A DNA stretch of 64,000 nt, from the IMG/VR virus record IMGVR_UViG_3300014826_000003; one strand, written 5' to 3'. Below are positions 9,998 to 18,343 of this stretch, in pieces. A program made the translations under genes and the position numbers. Each line of letters opens with the position of its first letter. The first letter of the stretch is position 1. The DNA comes from an uncultured virus (IMG/VR IMGVR_UViG_3300014826_000003) (lineage: Duplodnaviria; Heunggongvirae; Uroviricota; Caudoviricetes). The notes beneath the pieces are model-generated. The model was not told the DNA's origin, searched no databases, and was given only the letters and a program-made list of their open reading frames with translations.

Positions 9998-10015
9998 CCC
10001 AAAAACAAAAGTAAT

Positions 10016-10273
10016 ATGAAAATAAAGATCACAATCACAACAGTACTCATCCTAATAACCATAATAATAGGATGCTCAAGTAAATCTAAGGCCTCAGGCT
10101 CAGGTAATAACCAATCTACATGCGTATATGTAGACAAGGACCAACCCTACGTATGCCAGGTACACCTAATCAAAATAAGAGGTCATGAATACATCCTATC
10201 CTATACAACCTCTTCCTACGGAGGAACCTGTATAATACATGCCGCCTCCTGCTCCTGCCACCAAACAAAATAA
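10016..10273 (+). CDS. putative small lipoprotein
   Basis: MKIKITITTVLILITIIIG-C signal; Cys/His-rich end (CIIHAASCSC). Confidence 0.6.
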   Translation: MKIKITITTVLILITIIIGCSSKSKASGSGNNQSTCVYVDKDQPYVCQVHLIKIRGHEYILSYTTSSYGGTCIIHAASCSCHQTK

Positions 10274-10358
10274 AATCAAAACATTCTATCATAAGGTACA
10301 TACATATATACCAAACCAATATACAGGTACATATATAATATAAACATACATACATAAT

Positions 10359-10397
10359 AGGTATACCTAAGGTCCCTTTACTTTAGGTATACCTTTT
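10359..10397 (+). terminator. hairpin/terminator built from two AGGTATACCT palindromes
   Basis: aggtatacctaagg-tcccttta-ctttaggtatacct followed by ttt. Confidence 0.55.
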
Positions 10398-10762
10398 CCC
10401 TTACCTTTTAGGATTTACGAAAAAGCTTACAATCTAATCATACGTGAAAGATACTCCAATACTGAACATATGAGCTATCAGCTGGGGGTGCGATCGGATT
10501 AGGCTTACCTTCCCGGCCTGGGGATTTGGGCTTTAGGACTGAACAAAGCCCCTAATCCTAGATGTTCCCCAAGGTACCCCAAGGCCTACCAACGTACTTA
10601 GCTGGTTAGCTACATCGACATATGGCCAGCTATATGTAGCTCATCTATTAGCTAAGCATGGCCGATTGCCTAATCCAATAGTAGGTACCACGCTAGTCCA
10701 GTCATGGCCAGGCTATTACCTTTTGCAAGTATTATATTAGTATTAAGTAAAAGGTTAAGGTT

Positions 10763-11167
10763 ATGAAACATCGGAAAATTCCAGGCTTTCCTGTCTACCG
10801 GATTTATAAGGATGGCAGGATCATGAACAGAACTACTGGTAAGTTCTTGAAGAATGATAGACACTACAAGCTTATCAATCAGGAGGGTAAGAGGAAAACT
10901 ATCTCTAAGCGACAGATCCTATGGTCATTATGGCCAGAGCTTAAACCTGCTCCTAAACCTAAGCCCCACAAGGCCAAACAAAGGATCAGGAAACACCATT
11001 ATTCTAAAGAGTTCTTGGCAAAGATCCAAAAAGACTATCTCAGTGGCTGTAGCTTCGATATGATATGTAAGAAATATGATATACCCATCGGTAGTATAGG
11101 CTATGTTATAAAGAAGATTAAGCCTTATCAACCTAAGGTAAAGAAGGTAGTTATTTATTTCGATTAA
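10763..11167 (+). CDS. NUMOD4-like + HTH protein (homing-endonuclease-related, no HNH motif)
   Basis: IPGFPVYRIYKDGRIMN N-terminus; C-terminal HTH-like YLSGCSFDMICKKYDIPIGSIGYVI; no HNH catalytic motif visible. Confidence 0.55.
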   Translation: MKHRKIPGFPVYRIYKDGRIMNRTTGKFLKNDRHYKLINQEGKRKTISKRQILWSLWPELKPAPKPKPHKAKQRIRKHHYSKEFLAKIQKDYLSGCSFDMICKKYDIPIGSIGYVIKKIKPYQPKVKKVVIYFD

Positions 11168-11173
11168 GCTTTT

Positions 11174-11205
11174 AGGCCTAGTATTTATTTTAGTACTAGG
11201 CCTTT
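11174..11205 (+). terminator. putative terminator
   Basis: aggcctagta-N10-tactaggcct followed by tt. Confidence 0.6.
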
Positions 11206-11532
11206 ATTGTGTAGGCAATAATACAGGTACCCAAATATAGGGACAATGTGTGCCTGCAGGCGTAGGATTAGGCAACCTTACAGGCCATTCATGGAGAGGG
11301 GATTAGGCTTTAATACATTAGCCTAGCATGGCCCCTGTAGGTATAGGATCTTAGAATAAGCATTAGTAATTAACGTTGTAGTTACTAGTAAAGTTAAAAT
11401 AAAACTCTAGAAGATATACCTAATTTGTTGTAGTAGCTGGATTGATAGACATTAAGCACAGTTAGAATATATGGACGGCCGTATAGAGCTAACAGAAGTA
11501 TATTACTAGGCCTCAGAGGTACTCGGGGATTA

Positions 11533-11565
11533 TTGCATATATTAAAAATTATTTATACCTTTGCA
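11533..11565 (+). promoter_or_regulatory. Bacteroidota-type promoter, copy 5
   Basis: TTGCATATATTAAAAATTATTTATACCTTTGCA. Confidence 0.8.
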
Positions 11566-11610
11566 CTATAAAATAAAATGTATTGTTTCACTTAATAAAA
11601 ATTATAAATT

Positions 11611-11955
11611 ATGCTTACAATTAAAACCAACCCCAATCCTACTGCTCCTCAAATCCAGGAGGCCATCGTTAATACAATCTACACCAAGGTTCCTCACAAA
11701 CTATACATCGAAAACGAATCTACCCACAAGGCTGAACTGATCCAGGAATCTGATACATTCAGAAACTGGATTCAGGAACATATCTGCTCCAAGGACTCAT
11801 CAGAAACGGTACTCTATATCGAAGACGATTCAGATCTACTAATACCATTTGCCACTACCTACGAGGAATTCATTTCAGATCAGGATGCCGACGAACTCTA
11901 CACCTTTCTTCACTACACTCTAGAAAACCATAAGATAACCCTGGCTATCAACTAA
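11611..11955 (+). CDS. acidic hypothetical early protein (single-gene unit)
   Basis: Has its own promoter and terminator. Confidence 0.7.
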   Translation: MLTIKTNPNPTAPQIQEAIVNTIYTKVPHKLYIENESTHKAELIQESDTFRNWIQEHICSKDSSETVLYIEDDSDLLIPFATTYEEFISDQDADELYTFLHYTLENHKITLAIN

Positions 11956-11986
11956 GCTAACTACAGTTATCTATTCTAGAAACTAA

Positions 11987-12016
11987 CCCAGGTAACCTAC
12001 ACATTACCTGGGCTTT
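11987..12016 (+). terminator. putative terminator
   Basis: cccaggtaa-cctacaca-ttacctggg followed by cttt. Confidence 0.6.
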
Positions 12017-12076
12017 CTCTGTAGCTAACATAGTAGCTTACCTAGTTACATACCTACTCCCTAATAAGCCTAAGAG

Positions 12077-12253
12077 GGCCTTAGTTCTATATCACCATAA
12101 TACAGGTAATGGTACTAACACAACGACAAGCCTCAGGTCACTAAATATATCCGGCCCCTTTAGTGTCCCCCTTTGATACCTCTTTCATAACTTCTATTTG
12201 GGCCTACTATGGCCTTAGTTCCATCATACAGGTAATAGCCCAGAACACAACGA
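12077..12253 (+). repeat. imperfect direct repeat pair (~43-50 bp)
   Basis: GGCCTTAGTT..CCAT(A/C)ATACAGGTAAT..AACACAACGA at 12077-12126 and 12211-12253. Confidence 0.75.
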
Positions 12254-12464
12254 TGGCACGGGGATTTAGGAAGCGGTTTTGCATTTGCACTTTTATTTTT
12301 GCACCTTTTGGGGTGGTTTTTGCTTTTATATATTAAATAATGTACGCACAAATAAAATAATTTTTGAAATAACAAAATATTTTTCTATAAATTATTTTAA
12401 AATTTTTAATTTATTGATTTAAATCAATTAAAAGCATATTTTTAAATTTTTCTTTTATTTTTTC

Positions 12465-12497
12465 TTGCATATATCAAAAAATAGTCGTACCTTTGCA
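12465..12497 (+). promoter_or_regulatory. Bacteroidota-type promoter, copy 6
   Basis: TTGCATATATCAAAAAATAGTCGTACCTTTGCA. Confidence 0.8.
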
Positions 12498-12609
12498 GTA
12501 GAAATAATAAATAAAAGGTTTTAGAAAGTTACTTTTAAGCACCTAATTTTAGTAATTGAAAAAACCAAAGTATAACAAATTTAAAACGTAAAATAAGGGT
12601 GCAAAGTTT

Positions 12610-13005
12610 ATGACTACAAAGAATAATAAAAAAGAAAGTGCAAACAAAGTTAATAACGCTGCAAACGTTATTGCAAAGTTTACAGAAAACACAAAAGGTT
12701 TACTTTCTTCTAACTTGGGAACAAAGAAAAGTTCTATTTACAAAGAAGAACTTTTTGAGAATTTAGCAGAAAAAGAAAAGAAAAGTTTACGTAAAAAATT
12801 CCGTAATATGCTTTTTTCTGCTGCAAAAGGTATAGCAGAAGAAAGCAACAAAGAAAAGCAAACAAAGTTAATTAACGCTTTTAATGAACTTTATTTGCAA
12901 GTTTACAAAGTAAATGACTACTCACTGCAAAGTGTATGTAACGAAAATCTTTCAAAGGAGAAAAAAGATATACTTTCTAAAGTGTTAGAAATTTGCAAAA
13001 AGTAA
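12610..13005 (+). CDS. basic hypothetical protein in the AT-rich island; probable paralog of 1982..2416
   Basis: SIYKEELFENLAEKEKKSLRKKFRN motif; has its own promoter. Confidence 0.7.
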   Translation: MTTKNNKKESANKVNNAANVIAKFTENTKGLLSSNLGTKKSSIYKEELFENLAEKEKKSLRKKFRNMLFSAAKGIAEESNKEKQTKLINAFNELYLQVYKVNDYSLQSVCNENLSKEKKDILSKVLEICKK

Positions 13006-13014
13006 ATACTATCT

Positions 13015-13041
13015 TTGTAGGGTGCAAAAAGCACCCTACAA
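13015..13041. terminator. perfect 11-bp hairpin
   Basis: ttgtagggtgc-aaaaa-gcaccctacaa. Confidence 0.6.
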
Positions 13042-13057
13042 TTAAAAATAAAAACAA

Positions 13058-13159
13058 ATGAAAATACTTTTGATAAGTTTAGTTACTACATTATTTATCT
13101 TTTTTGTAGGGGCTATTTTTCAATTAGTAATTGATAAGATAAAAGCAAAGTTATTTTAG
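13058..13159 (+). CDS. 33-aa single-TM membrane peptide (not in the ORF track)
   Basis: MKILLISLVTTLFIFFVGAIFQLVIDKIKAKLF after an A-rich leader. Confidence 0.5.
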   Translation: MKILLISLVTTLFIFFVGAIFQLVIDKIKAKLF

Positions 13160-13177
13160 AATTATTCTAAATAGTAT

Positions 13178-13227
13178 AAATAAAAGTAAGGTGCAATTTG
13201 TAAAAAATTTGTCCCTTACTTTTATTT
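13178..13227. terminator. 14-bp inverted repeat/terminator
   Basis: aaataaaagtaagg ... ccttacttttattt. Confidence 0.55.
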
Positions 13228-13285
13228 TATTTAACTTTTAAAATGCAGTAACCGTGCCCCTCCACCACAGCCCCAACTTTTTGAG

Positions 13286-13395
13286 CCTCGTATTAAGGAG
13301 ATCCCAGATAGCATGAAGCCTGAAAGGATGAAAGCATGAAGCCAATAAAAAATTTACCAAACCTACCCAAACCCTCCTCGTATTAAGCGGATCCC
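13286..13395. repeat. direct repeats at the strand-convergence point
   Basis: CCTCGTATTAAG-NN-GATCCC at 13286 and 13376 (90 bp apart), enclosing AGCATGAAGCC twice (13310, 13333). Confidence 0.75.
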
Positions 13396-13436
13396 CACAC
13401 ACAAAGAAGCCCGACCTATATTCAGCCGGGCCATCC

Positions 13437-13697
13437 TTAGAATATCAACTTAACCAAACCTATAAATAGACCAACAAACAAACCTACACCTAAAGTAAGG
13501 ACTACATACAAACCTAAGATTATACCCCAATTCTCTAAGGTCCTAATCACTACCCTCTTCATATCAAGATGAGATGGTATATTGGCCTTAGCTAAAGCCT
13601 TTGCTGCTTGCTTCAACTTAATTGCAGAAAAGATAGTATATAGGGTAATCAATAGGCAATATATTCCCAACCACCAGAATAAAAGATTCCAATTCAT
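13437..13697 (-). CDS. small 2-TM membrane protein
   Basis: Two hydrophobic segments. Confidence 0.6.
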   Translation of the reverse strand: MNWNLLFWWLGIYCLLITLYTIFSAIKLKQAAKALAKANIPSHLDMKRVVIRTLENWGIILGLYVVLTLGVGLFVGLFIGLVKLIF

Positions 13698-13782
13698 GCA
13701 AGAAATTATTAGTTTAATATATGCAATTTACTAGAAAGAAGGGAGGCAATCACTGCTATTGGACTACCTCCCTTTACCATGT

Positions 13783-14025
13783 TTAGAAGATGTAGGTTAT
13801 ACCTCGGATTATCCAGAAGGATATGAAGGTATATAATCCACCTACGATAGATATTACCCAACCATCCTTGGTAAGGAATACCTCTTGGAGAACCTTTAGC
13901 CATAACTCCTTGATGGTATAGGTTTCTCCGGATTCATACTTGTCTCGGTACTCCTCTAGGTAACCGTAGACGATAAGGAAAGCCCAGAATACGATCAGGG
14001 CTACAATTGCTGAAATAATTACCAT
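13783..14025 (-). CDS. small 2-TM membrane protein
   Basis: Two hydrophobic segments. Confidence 0.55.
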   Translation of the reverse strand: MVIISAIVALIVFWAFLIVYGYLEEYRDKYESGETYTIKELWLKVLQEVFLTKDGWVISIVGGLYTFISFWIIRGITYIF

Positions 14026-14039
14026 AGCGCTTAATTGAT

Positions 14040-14369
14040 TTAAATTAGGATGAATGTTACTTTCTCGTGGTAGTTCTCGTAGGCAGTACCTTTACAGATC
14101 TCCTCATTGAAGGCCTTGATTACTTGGCTTGGGATGAACTGGTTAGGCTCTGCCTGCTGTAGATACTTGATTAGAGTCTGGTAGTAGTTGAGGAATGTCA
14201 ACTTGTCGTTGTCGGTTTGGGAGATATGTACCGGAGTCATGTAGATGGTTTCTCCTTCACCATGAACCGTAATAGCTCCTACCTTGTTCTGGGTTTGCTT
14301 TTGTGGTACTGCTACCACAGAGAGGTTAAAGATCTTTACCTCTTGAGATTTAGTTTCTTTCTTTGCCAT
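14040..14369 (-). CDS. hypothetical protein
   Basis: ORF in the - strand operon. Confidence 0.6.
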   Translation of the reverse strand: MAKKETKSQEVKIFNLSVVAVPQKQTQNKVGAITVHGEGETIYMTPVHISQTDNDKLTFLNYYQTLIKYLQQAEPNQFIPSQVIKAFNEEICKGTAYENYHEKVTFILI

Positions 14370-14370
14370 A

Positions 14371-14571
14371 TTACTTAATTACTTTAAATGATTTGAATAC
14401 TACTTCCTTGAAGCCTTTGGTAAAGGCTGCCTTCTTCAGATGGTCTTGGATCACCTCTTCAGTTGGGTTAGGTACATCCATTAGGTTGGATCTTCCTTGA
14501 ACCTCAGATAGGATTAGAGGCTTTCGTTTGATTACCTTCCTACCTTCCCAATATACTTTTACTAATGCCAT
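14371..14571 (-). CDS. small basic hypothetical protein
   Basis: ORF in the - strand operon. Confidence 0.55.
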   Translation of the reverse strand: MALVKVYWEGRKVIKRKPLILSEVQGRSNLMDVPNPTEEVIQDHLKKAAFTKGFKEVVFKSFKVIK

Positions 14572-14602
14572 AGCCTATTCCTCCTCATCGATATACAGAA
14601 TG

Positions 14603-14839
14603 TCAAAAAGAGTAATCCCTAGCATTCATGTGACAGTCATGGGTTGCTGCGTCAGCTATCTCCTGAGTTGTGGCCTCACGGAAGCCTTGCGTGTTGACAG
14701 ATAAACGGTCACGATTACCGTTCCAGTCAATACAGTGGATATAATCATTATCTACATGCATACAATAGGCGACGTGCTCACGACCAAACATTGTACGTGG
14801 CACCATCACCATTTTTCCTTTCAGTTCTTTGTTGTCCAT
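14603..14839 (-). CDS. hypothetical protein
   Basis: ORF in the - strand operon. Confidence 0.55.
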   Translation of the reverse strand: MDNKELKGKMVMVPRTMFGREHVAYCMHVDNDYIHCIDWNGNRDRLSVNTQGFREATTQEIADAATHDCHMNARDYSF

Positions 14840-14851
14840 AATTCAATTCCT

Positions 14852-15259
14852 TTAATGAGTTTTCTCACCAATTATTCTCATGGCTTCTCTAAGTACCTGC
14901 TTCTCTGAATCACTAAACTTCATCAGAGAACCTTTGTCAAAGTATAATTCAACCATTCTGTATCCAAACAATGGTGCCGTAGTTCCATTAGGATTATTTT
15001 CTCTATCACCATTATCATCAAAACAACCATACATCCAGTCCATAATACAGCAGGCCATGACAGGATCAAACAGCTCAAGTACTATACATGGATTTTCATA
15101 TACTCCATACGTACCAGACCTAGCTTCTGTCATTCTATCGTACAATCTGCGGCATTCTGCATAGTCAAAACTATCACCCATATTCATTTCCTTGAAAACT
15201 TTTCTCATATATGAGGTCTTCTGCTCGTCAGTCATTGACTGCCATTTCTCTTTGTCCAT
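14852..15259 (-). CDS. hypothetical protein
   Basis: ORF in the - strand operon. Confidence 0.6.
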   Translation of the reverse strand: MDKEKWQSMTDEQKTSYMRKVFKEMNMGDSFDYAECRRLYDRMTEARSGTYGVYENPCIVLELFDPVMACCIMDWMYGCFDDNGDRENNPNGTTAPLFGYRMVELYFDKGSLMKFSDSEKQVLREAMRIIGEKTH

Positions 15260-15323
15260 AGTTCCTTAAATTACATTATATTAAACTGATTATAAACATT
15301 AGCTTTACTATCCTCCATGTCAG

Positions 15324-15719
15324 TCATATCGCTGGTAATATAAAGTTGGATATAACCCAATAACCAAACGTGATGATGAAGTACAGTAACAATAGAACGT
15401 ATACACAGGTAAACCTTGCATACTTCCACCAAGCTTTGGTAGCTGCAATCTCGAAAGCTTGTATAGCTCCATAAGCTTTATCCGAGTACTCATAGTATAT
15501 TTCGACTTGTTCTACTAATTTACCGTAGTGATCTCCATTATCTATGGTACCATATACAACCTTCTCGACTTTCTTGTGGAGTTCGTATATAGATGGTTCT
15601 GGGCCTATAGCCTTAACTGCTCTAGGTAAATCGAAATCCTCGAAAGTCGACTGAGGATGAACTCTGGCTGTAAAACCAGAGTCATCCTTCCAATCTATGA
15701 TAATCAAAACGTTAAACAT
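15324..15719 (-). CDS. hypothetical protein with C-terminal TM helix
   Basis: Hydrophobic C-terminus. Confidence 0.6.
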   Translation of the reverse strand: MFNVLIIIDWKDDSGFTARVHPQSTFEDFDLPRAVKAIGPEPSIYELHKKVEKVVYGTIDNGDHYGKLVEQVEIYYEYSDKAYGAIQAFEIAATKAWWKYARFTCVYVLLLLYFIITFGYWVISNFILPAI

Positions 15720-15727
15720 CGTACTTG

Positions 15728-16261
15728 TTATTTTTTTTTACTGATGCCGAAAACCTGATCTAAACCTTCAGCTGATAATATATAATGGGTGTAATCCTCA
15801 GCTACCTTGGTATCTTTTCTAGAGATTAACATCAATGCTTCAGCATTAGTTATTAGCTTTGCATTAACTTGAAACTTAGAATAGAAGGTAGGAGGTATCT
15901 CTCCTTGATGCCATAAGTTATTTACCGTATACAACCTACCATCCTCGAACAGAACCTTATAAGTAGGTTGGAATCTGTCGATCGGGTGGATGCTGCAGTT
16001 AGATGTTCTACCAGTAGTATAAAAAGGTAAGAACCAATGGTATCTTGGGTTAGCAGTAGCAGTAGGTCCATAGAACTTACTTACGATTACTGGTAAACCA
16101 TAACTACGTCTCTGGGATTCTTCCGTATCCATGAAATGTTGGTATTCCCAGAAAGCACACTTGTAGCAGAGATTCTTCTCTGCCATTATCTTTGAGATAG
16201 GGTGAGCTAAGTCATATTCCTCTAACTCATACGGACTCTTGCACTGTTTGCACTTCTCCAT
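15728..16261 (-). CDS. CxxC...CxxC zinc-finger hypothetical protein
   Basis: CKQC and CYKC; NNLWHQGEIP motif. Confidence 0.6.
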   Translation of the reverse strand: MEKCKQCKSPYELEEYDLAHPISKIMAEKNLCYKCAFWEYQHFMDTEESQRRSYGLPVIVSKFYGPTATANPRYHWFLPFYTTGRTSNCSIHPIDRFQPTYKVLFEDGRLYTVNNLWHQGEIPPTFYSKFQVNAKLITNAEALMLISRKDTKVAEDYTHYILSAEGLDQVFGISKKK

Positions 16262-16583
16262 CTTTCGGTTCCTCCTTAGTTTCTTGGTTTATACTGCTAT
16301 TGATTAACACTCTAACAGCTGACTTCATAATTACATCTCTTAAGTACTTACGTTCCTCTGCTGGTAACTTAGACTGCTTGTTAGCGATCAGGTCTAGCTC
16401 GTCCATAATATTACGAGCATCCCATAGATGTTTATTACGTAGACGATCTACTGTAGTTCTTTTTAACTGATAACCACGAGGTATAACAAGAGTGGATTTC
16501 TTGATACCTTCATCTATCTGGTTGATAACTTTCTCGATAGCTTTGATCAAAGCTTCTCTTCTAATTCCGTTCTCTTCTGCCAT
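16227..16583 (-). CDS. hypothetical protein
   Basis: ORF in the - strand operon. Confidence 0.6.
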   Translation of the reverse strand: MAEENGIRREALIKAIEKVINQIDEGIKKSTLVIPRGYQLKRTTVDRLRNKHLWDARNIMDELDLIANKQSKLPAEERKYLRDVIMKSAVRVLINSSINQETKEEPKDGEVQTVQESV

Positions 16584-16584
16584 A

Positions 16585-17154
16585 TTATTCTTCTTTCTTA
16601 GGTAATAATTCAGTTCCTTTCTCTACGAAATATGGCGTAGGATCGAAATCCTTGAATGGTCCATATTTCTCTTTAAAAGTAAGAGGGTGGATAGGATGAC
16701 CTTCTTTAGAGAAACGTATCATCTTCCACTCAATTTTGTCTTTAAACTCATTGTCTAGAGCTATGTACATGTTAGCAGCTGTACCGAGCAAATACATTCT
16801 CTTAACTACAGAGTTTCCCCAAGCACACAGTATAGTAACTTTACCATGTTTCTTGATATAAGCCATCAGCTTATCGTGAATGATGTTGTAGTTCTTTTGA
16901 ACGTAATGATTACGGTACTTCTCATGAAGCAAATCTGGATCAGCCGTACGTTGAGGATATAGGTTGAGCATACAGAAACTATCAAAACCGTTAGCTTCTG
17001 CAAAACCAATAACCTTCCTCATCGTTGGATCCGGTTTTTCTGAGTTAGCTGTTGATGGGTTAACCCCAATTACGAAGAGTGTATTCTCTCCTGGCTTGAA
17101 CAGAGCATATCTTACTCTCTCATAGCCTATCTCTTGAATATCTATCCAATCCAT
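16585..17154 (-). CDS. DUF1643-family protein
   Basis: IGVNPSTA...DPTMRK...MLNLYPQRT.DP...CAWG...HPIHPL pattern. Confidence 0.8.
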   Translation of the reverse strand: MDWIDIQEIGYERVRYALFKPGENTLFVIGVNPSTANSEKPDPTMRKVIGFAEANGFDSFCMLNLYPQRTADPDLLHEKYRNHYVQKNYNIIHDKLMAYIKKHGKVTILCAWGNSVVKRMYLLGTAANMYIALDNEFKDKIEWKMIRFSKEGHPIHPLTFKEKYGPFKDFDPTPYFVEKGTELLPKKEE

Positions 17155-17209
17155 ATTTCTGGCATTTTAGATGGTTCTACATATTGTTCTTGACTCTCTT
17201 CCAACGGGT

Positions 17210-17548
17210 TTATTTCGTTGGTATTATTTGGTGTTCGTTGAAATTCCATTGTTCGTAAGGCGTTTGTGAAAATATTGAATCGTCAGGTTCTAAAGCATTT
17301 CCGAAAATGACCCAGCCCCAAAGTATACACCATAGGATATTTATAATCAAGTAAGGAATCCAGTTCTTCTTATATAAAACTCCCCACCTATCTTTAGCAT
17401 CCCACCAAGCCAGTGTAAATACTGGGCATAAGATACACCAGATAAAGAAGTTTAAAACTGAACAGGCTATCAGTACTGCTCCAGGCCAATTCGGCATGTG
17501 ATCAGAGAAACCTGCAAAATCACCTCGCTTGTTAAAAAATACCCTCAT
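17210..17548 (-). CDS. membrane protein
   Basis: Two hydrophobic segments. Confidence 0.55.
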   Translation of the reverse strand: MRVFFNKRGDFAGFSDHMPNWPGAVLIACSVLNFFIWCILCPVFTLAWWDAKDRWGVLYKKNWIPYLIINILWCILWGWVIFGNALEPDDSIFSQTPYEQWNFNEHQIIPTK

Positions 17549-17751
17549 GAGAATATACTTTTGATGAACTTATAAATCATAATCAGAACGAATATTGGTG
17601 TTATTAACCATACCGAGAGGAAGTGGCTTATCTTACCAAGCCCAGTACTCTGGGCAATGCCCGTCTTGTACTGTTGATAAGTGAAATACAGAGCTGGTAT
17701 AAGACATAAGCCGTAAAACTTAAGTATGAATATCGTTACTGGAGTCATCAT
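17545..17751 (-). CDS. small membrane protein
   Basis: Two hydrophobic segments; ATGA overlaps. Confidence 0.55.
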   Translation of the reverse strand: MMTPVTIFILKFYGLCLIPALYFTYQQYKTGIAQSTGLGKISHFLSVWLITPIFVLIMIYKFIKSIFS

Positions 17752-18122
17752 AGCTTACCTAATTTACGTTGTACATTGAGTAAGAAATCTACCTGACCAG
17801 GATCTTCCAAGATGTCAAGTACTCCGATCTGACTGATCTTCTTATCTAAGGTGTTTAACTCTAAGTGAGACCGTCTCTTGAAAAGATAGGCTTCCCACCA
17901 TTTCTTGGTGTCTCCTTCTCCGTACTTCCAAGCTTTAGCCGGATCTCTCTTACTTTTGTCAGCTCTTTTAAAGTAGCCCTTTTTAATGGGCTCTCTTTCC
18001 AATGTAACTCCATTGGAGAGCTTTACTTGGGATTTTTCTTTGTTGACCTGAACTACTGTTGTTAGTTCTAGTAATGTGCTACCATCCCAGAATAGCACTT
18101 GGTCTTCGGTTCTTAACTTCAT
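17748..18122 (-). CDS. hypothetical protein, first gene of the - strand operon
   Basis: Lies directly downstream of promoter copy 7. Confidence 0.65.
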   Translation of the reverse strand: MKLRTEDQVLFWDGSTLLELTTVVQVNKEKSQVKLSNGVTLEREPIKKGYFKRADKSKRDPAKAWKYGEGDTKKWWEAYLFKRRSHLELNTLDKKISQIGVLDILEDPGQVDFLLNVQRKLGKL

Positions 18123-18157
18123 AATTAAATATAAAATATGTAATATTAAAAATATAA

Positions 18158-18190
18158 TGCAAAGATACTAAATTTATTTTGATATTGCAA
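18158..18190 (-). promoter_or_regulatory. Bacteroidota-type promoter, copy 7
   Basis: Reverse complement TTGCAATATCAAAATAAATTTAGTATCTTTGCA. Confidence 0.8.
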
Positions 18191-18343
18191 TGAACTACTA
18201 GAACAACTTGCAAAACTACTGAGGCTAGCAGCTGTTTGAATGTAGACGTATGCAATTTCTAATAGTATGAGAAGACTACTTTTACCAAGGTACGGGGAGC
18301 AATACTCTCAAAACCTAATCAAAATTCTTAAAACATAAGCAAT

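Noticed and set aside
1904..13395. Repeats as a CRISPR array
   Set aside because: Copies are dispersed or only paired, with no regular repeat-spacer periodicity and no cas genes
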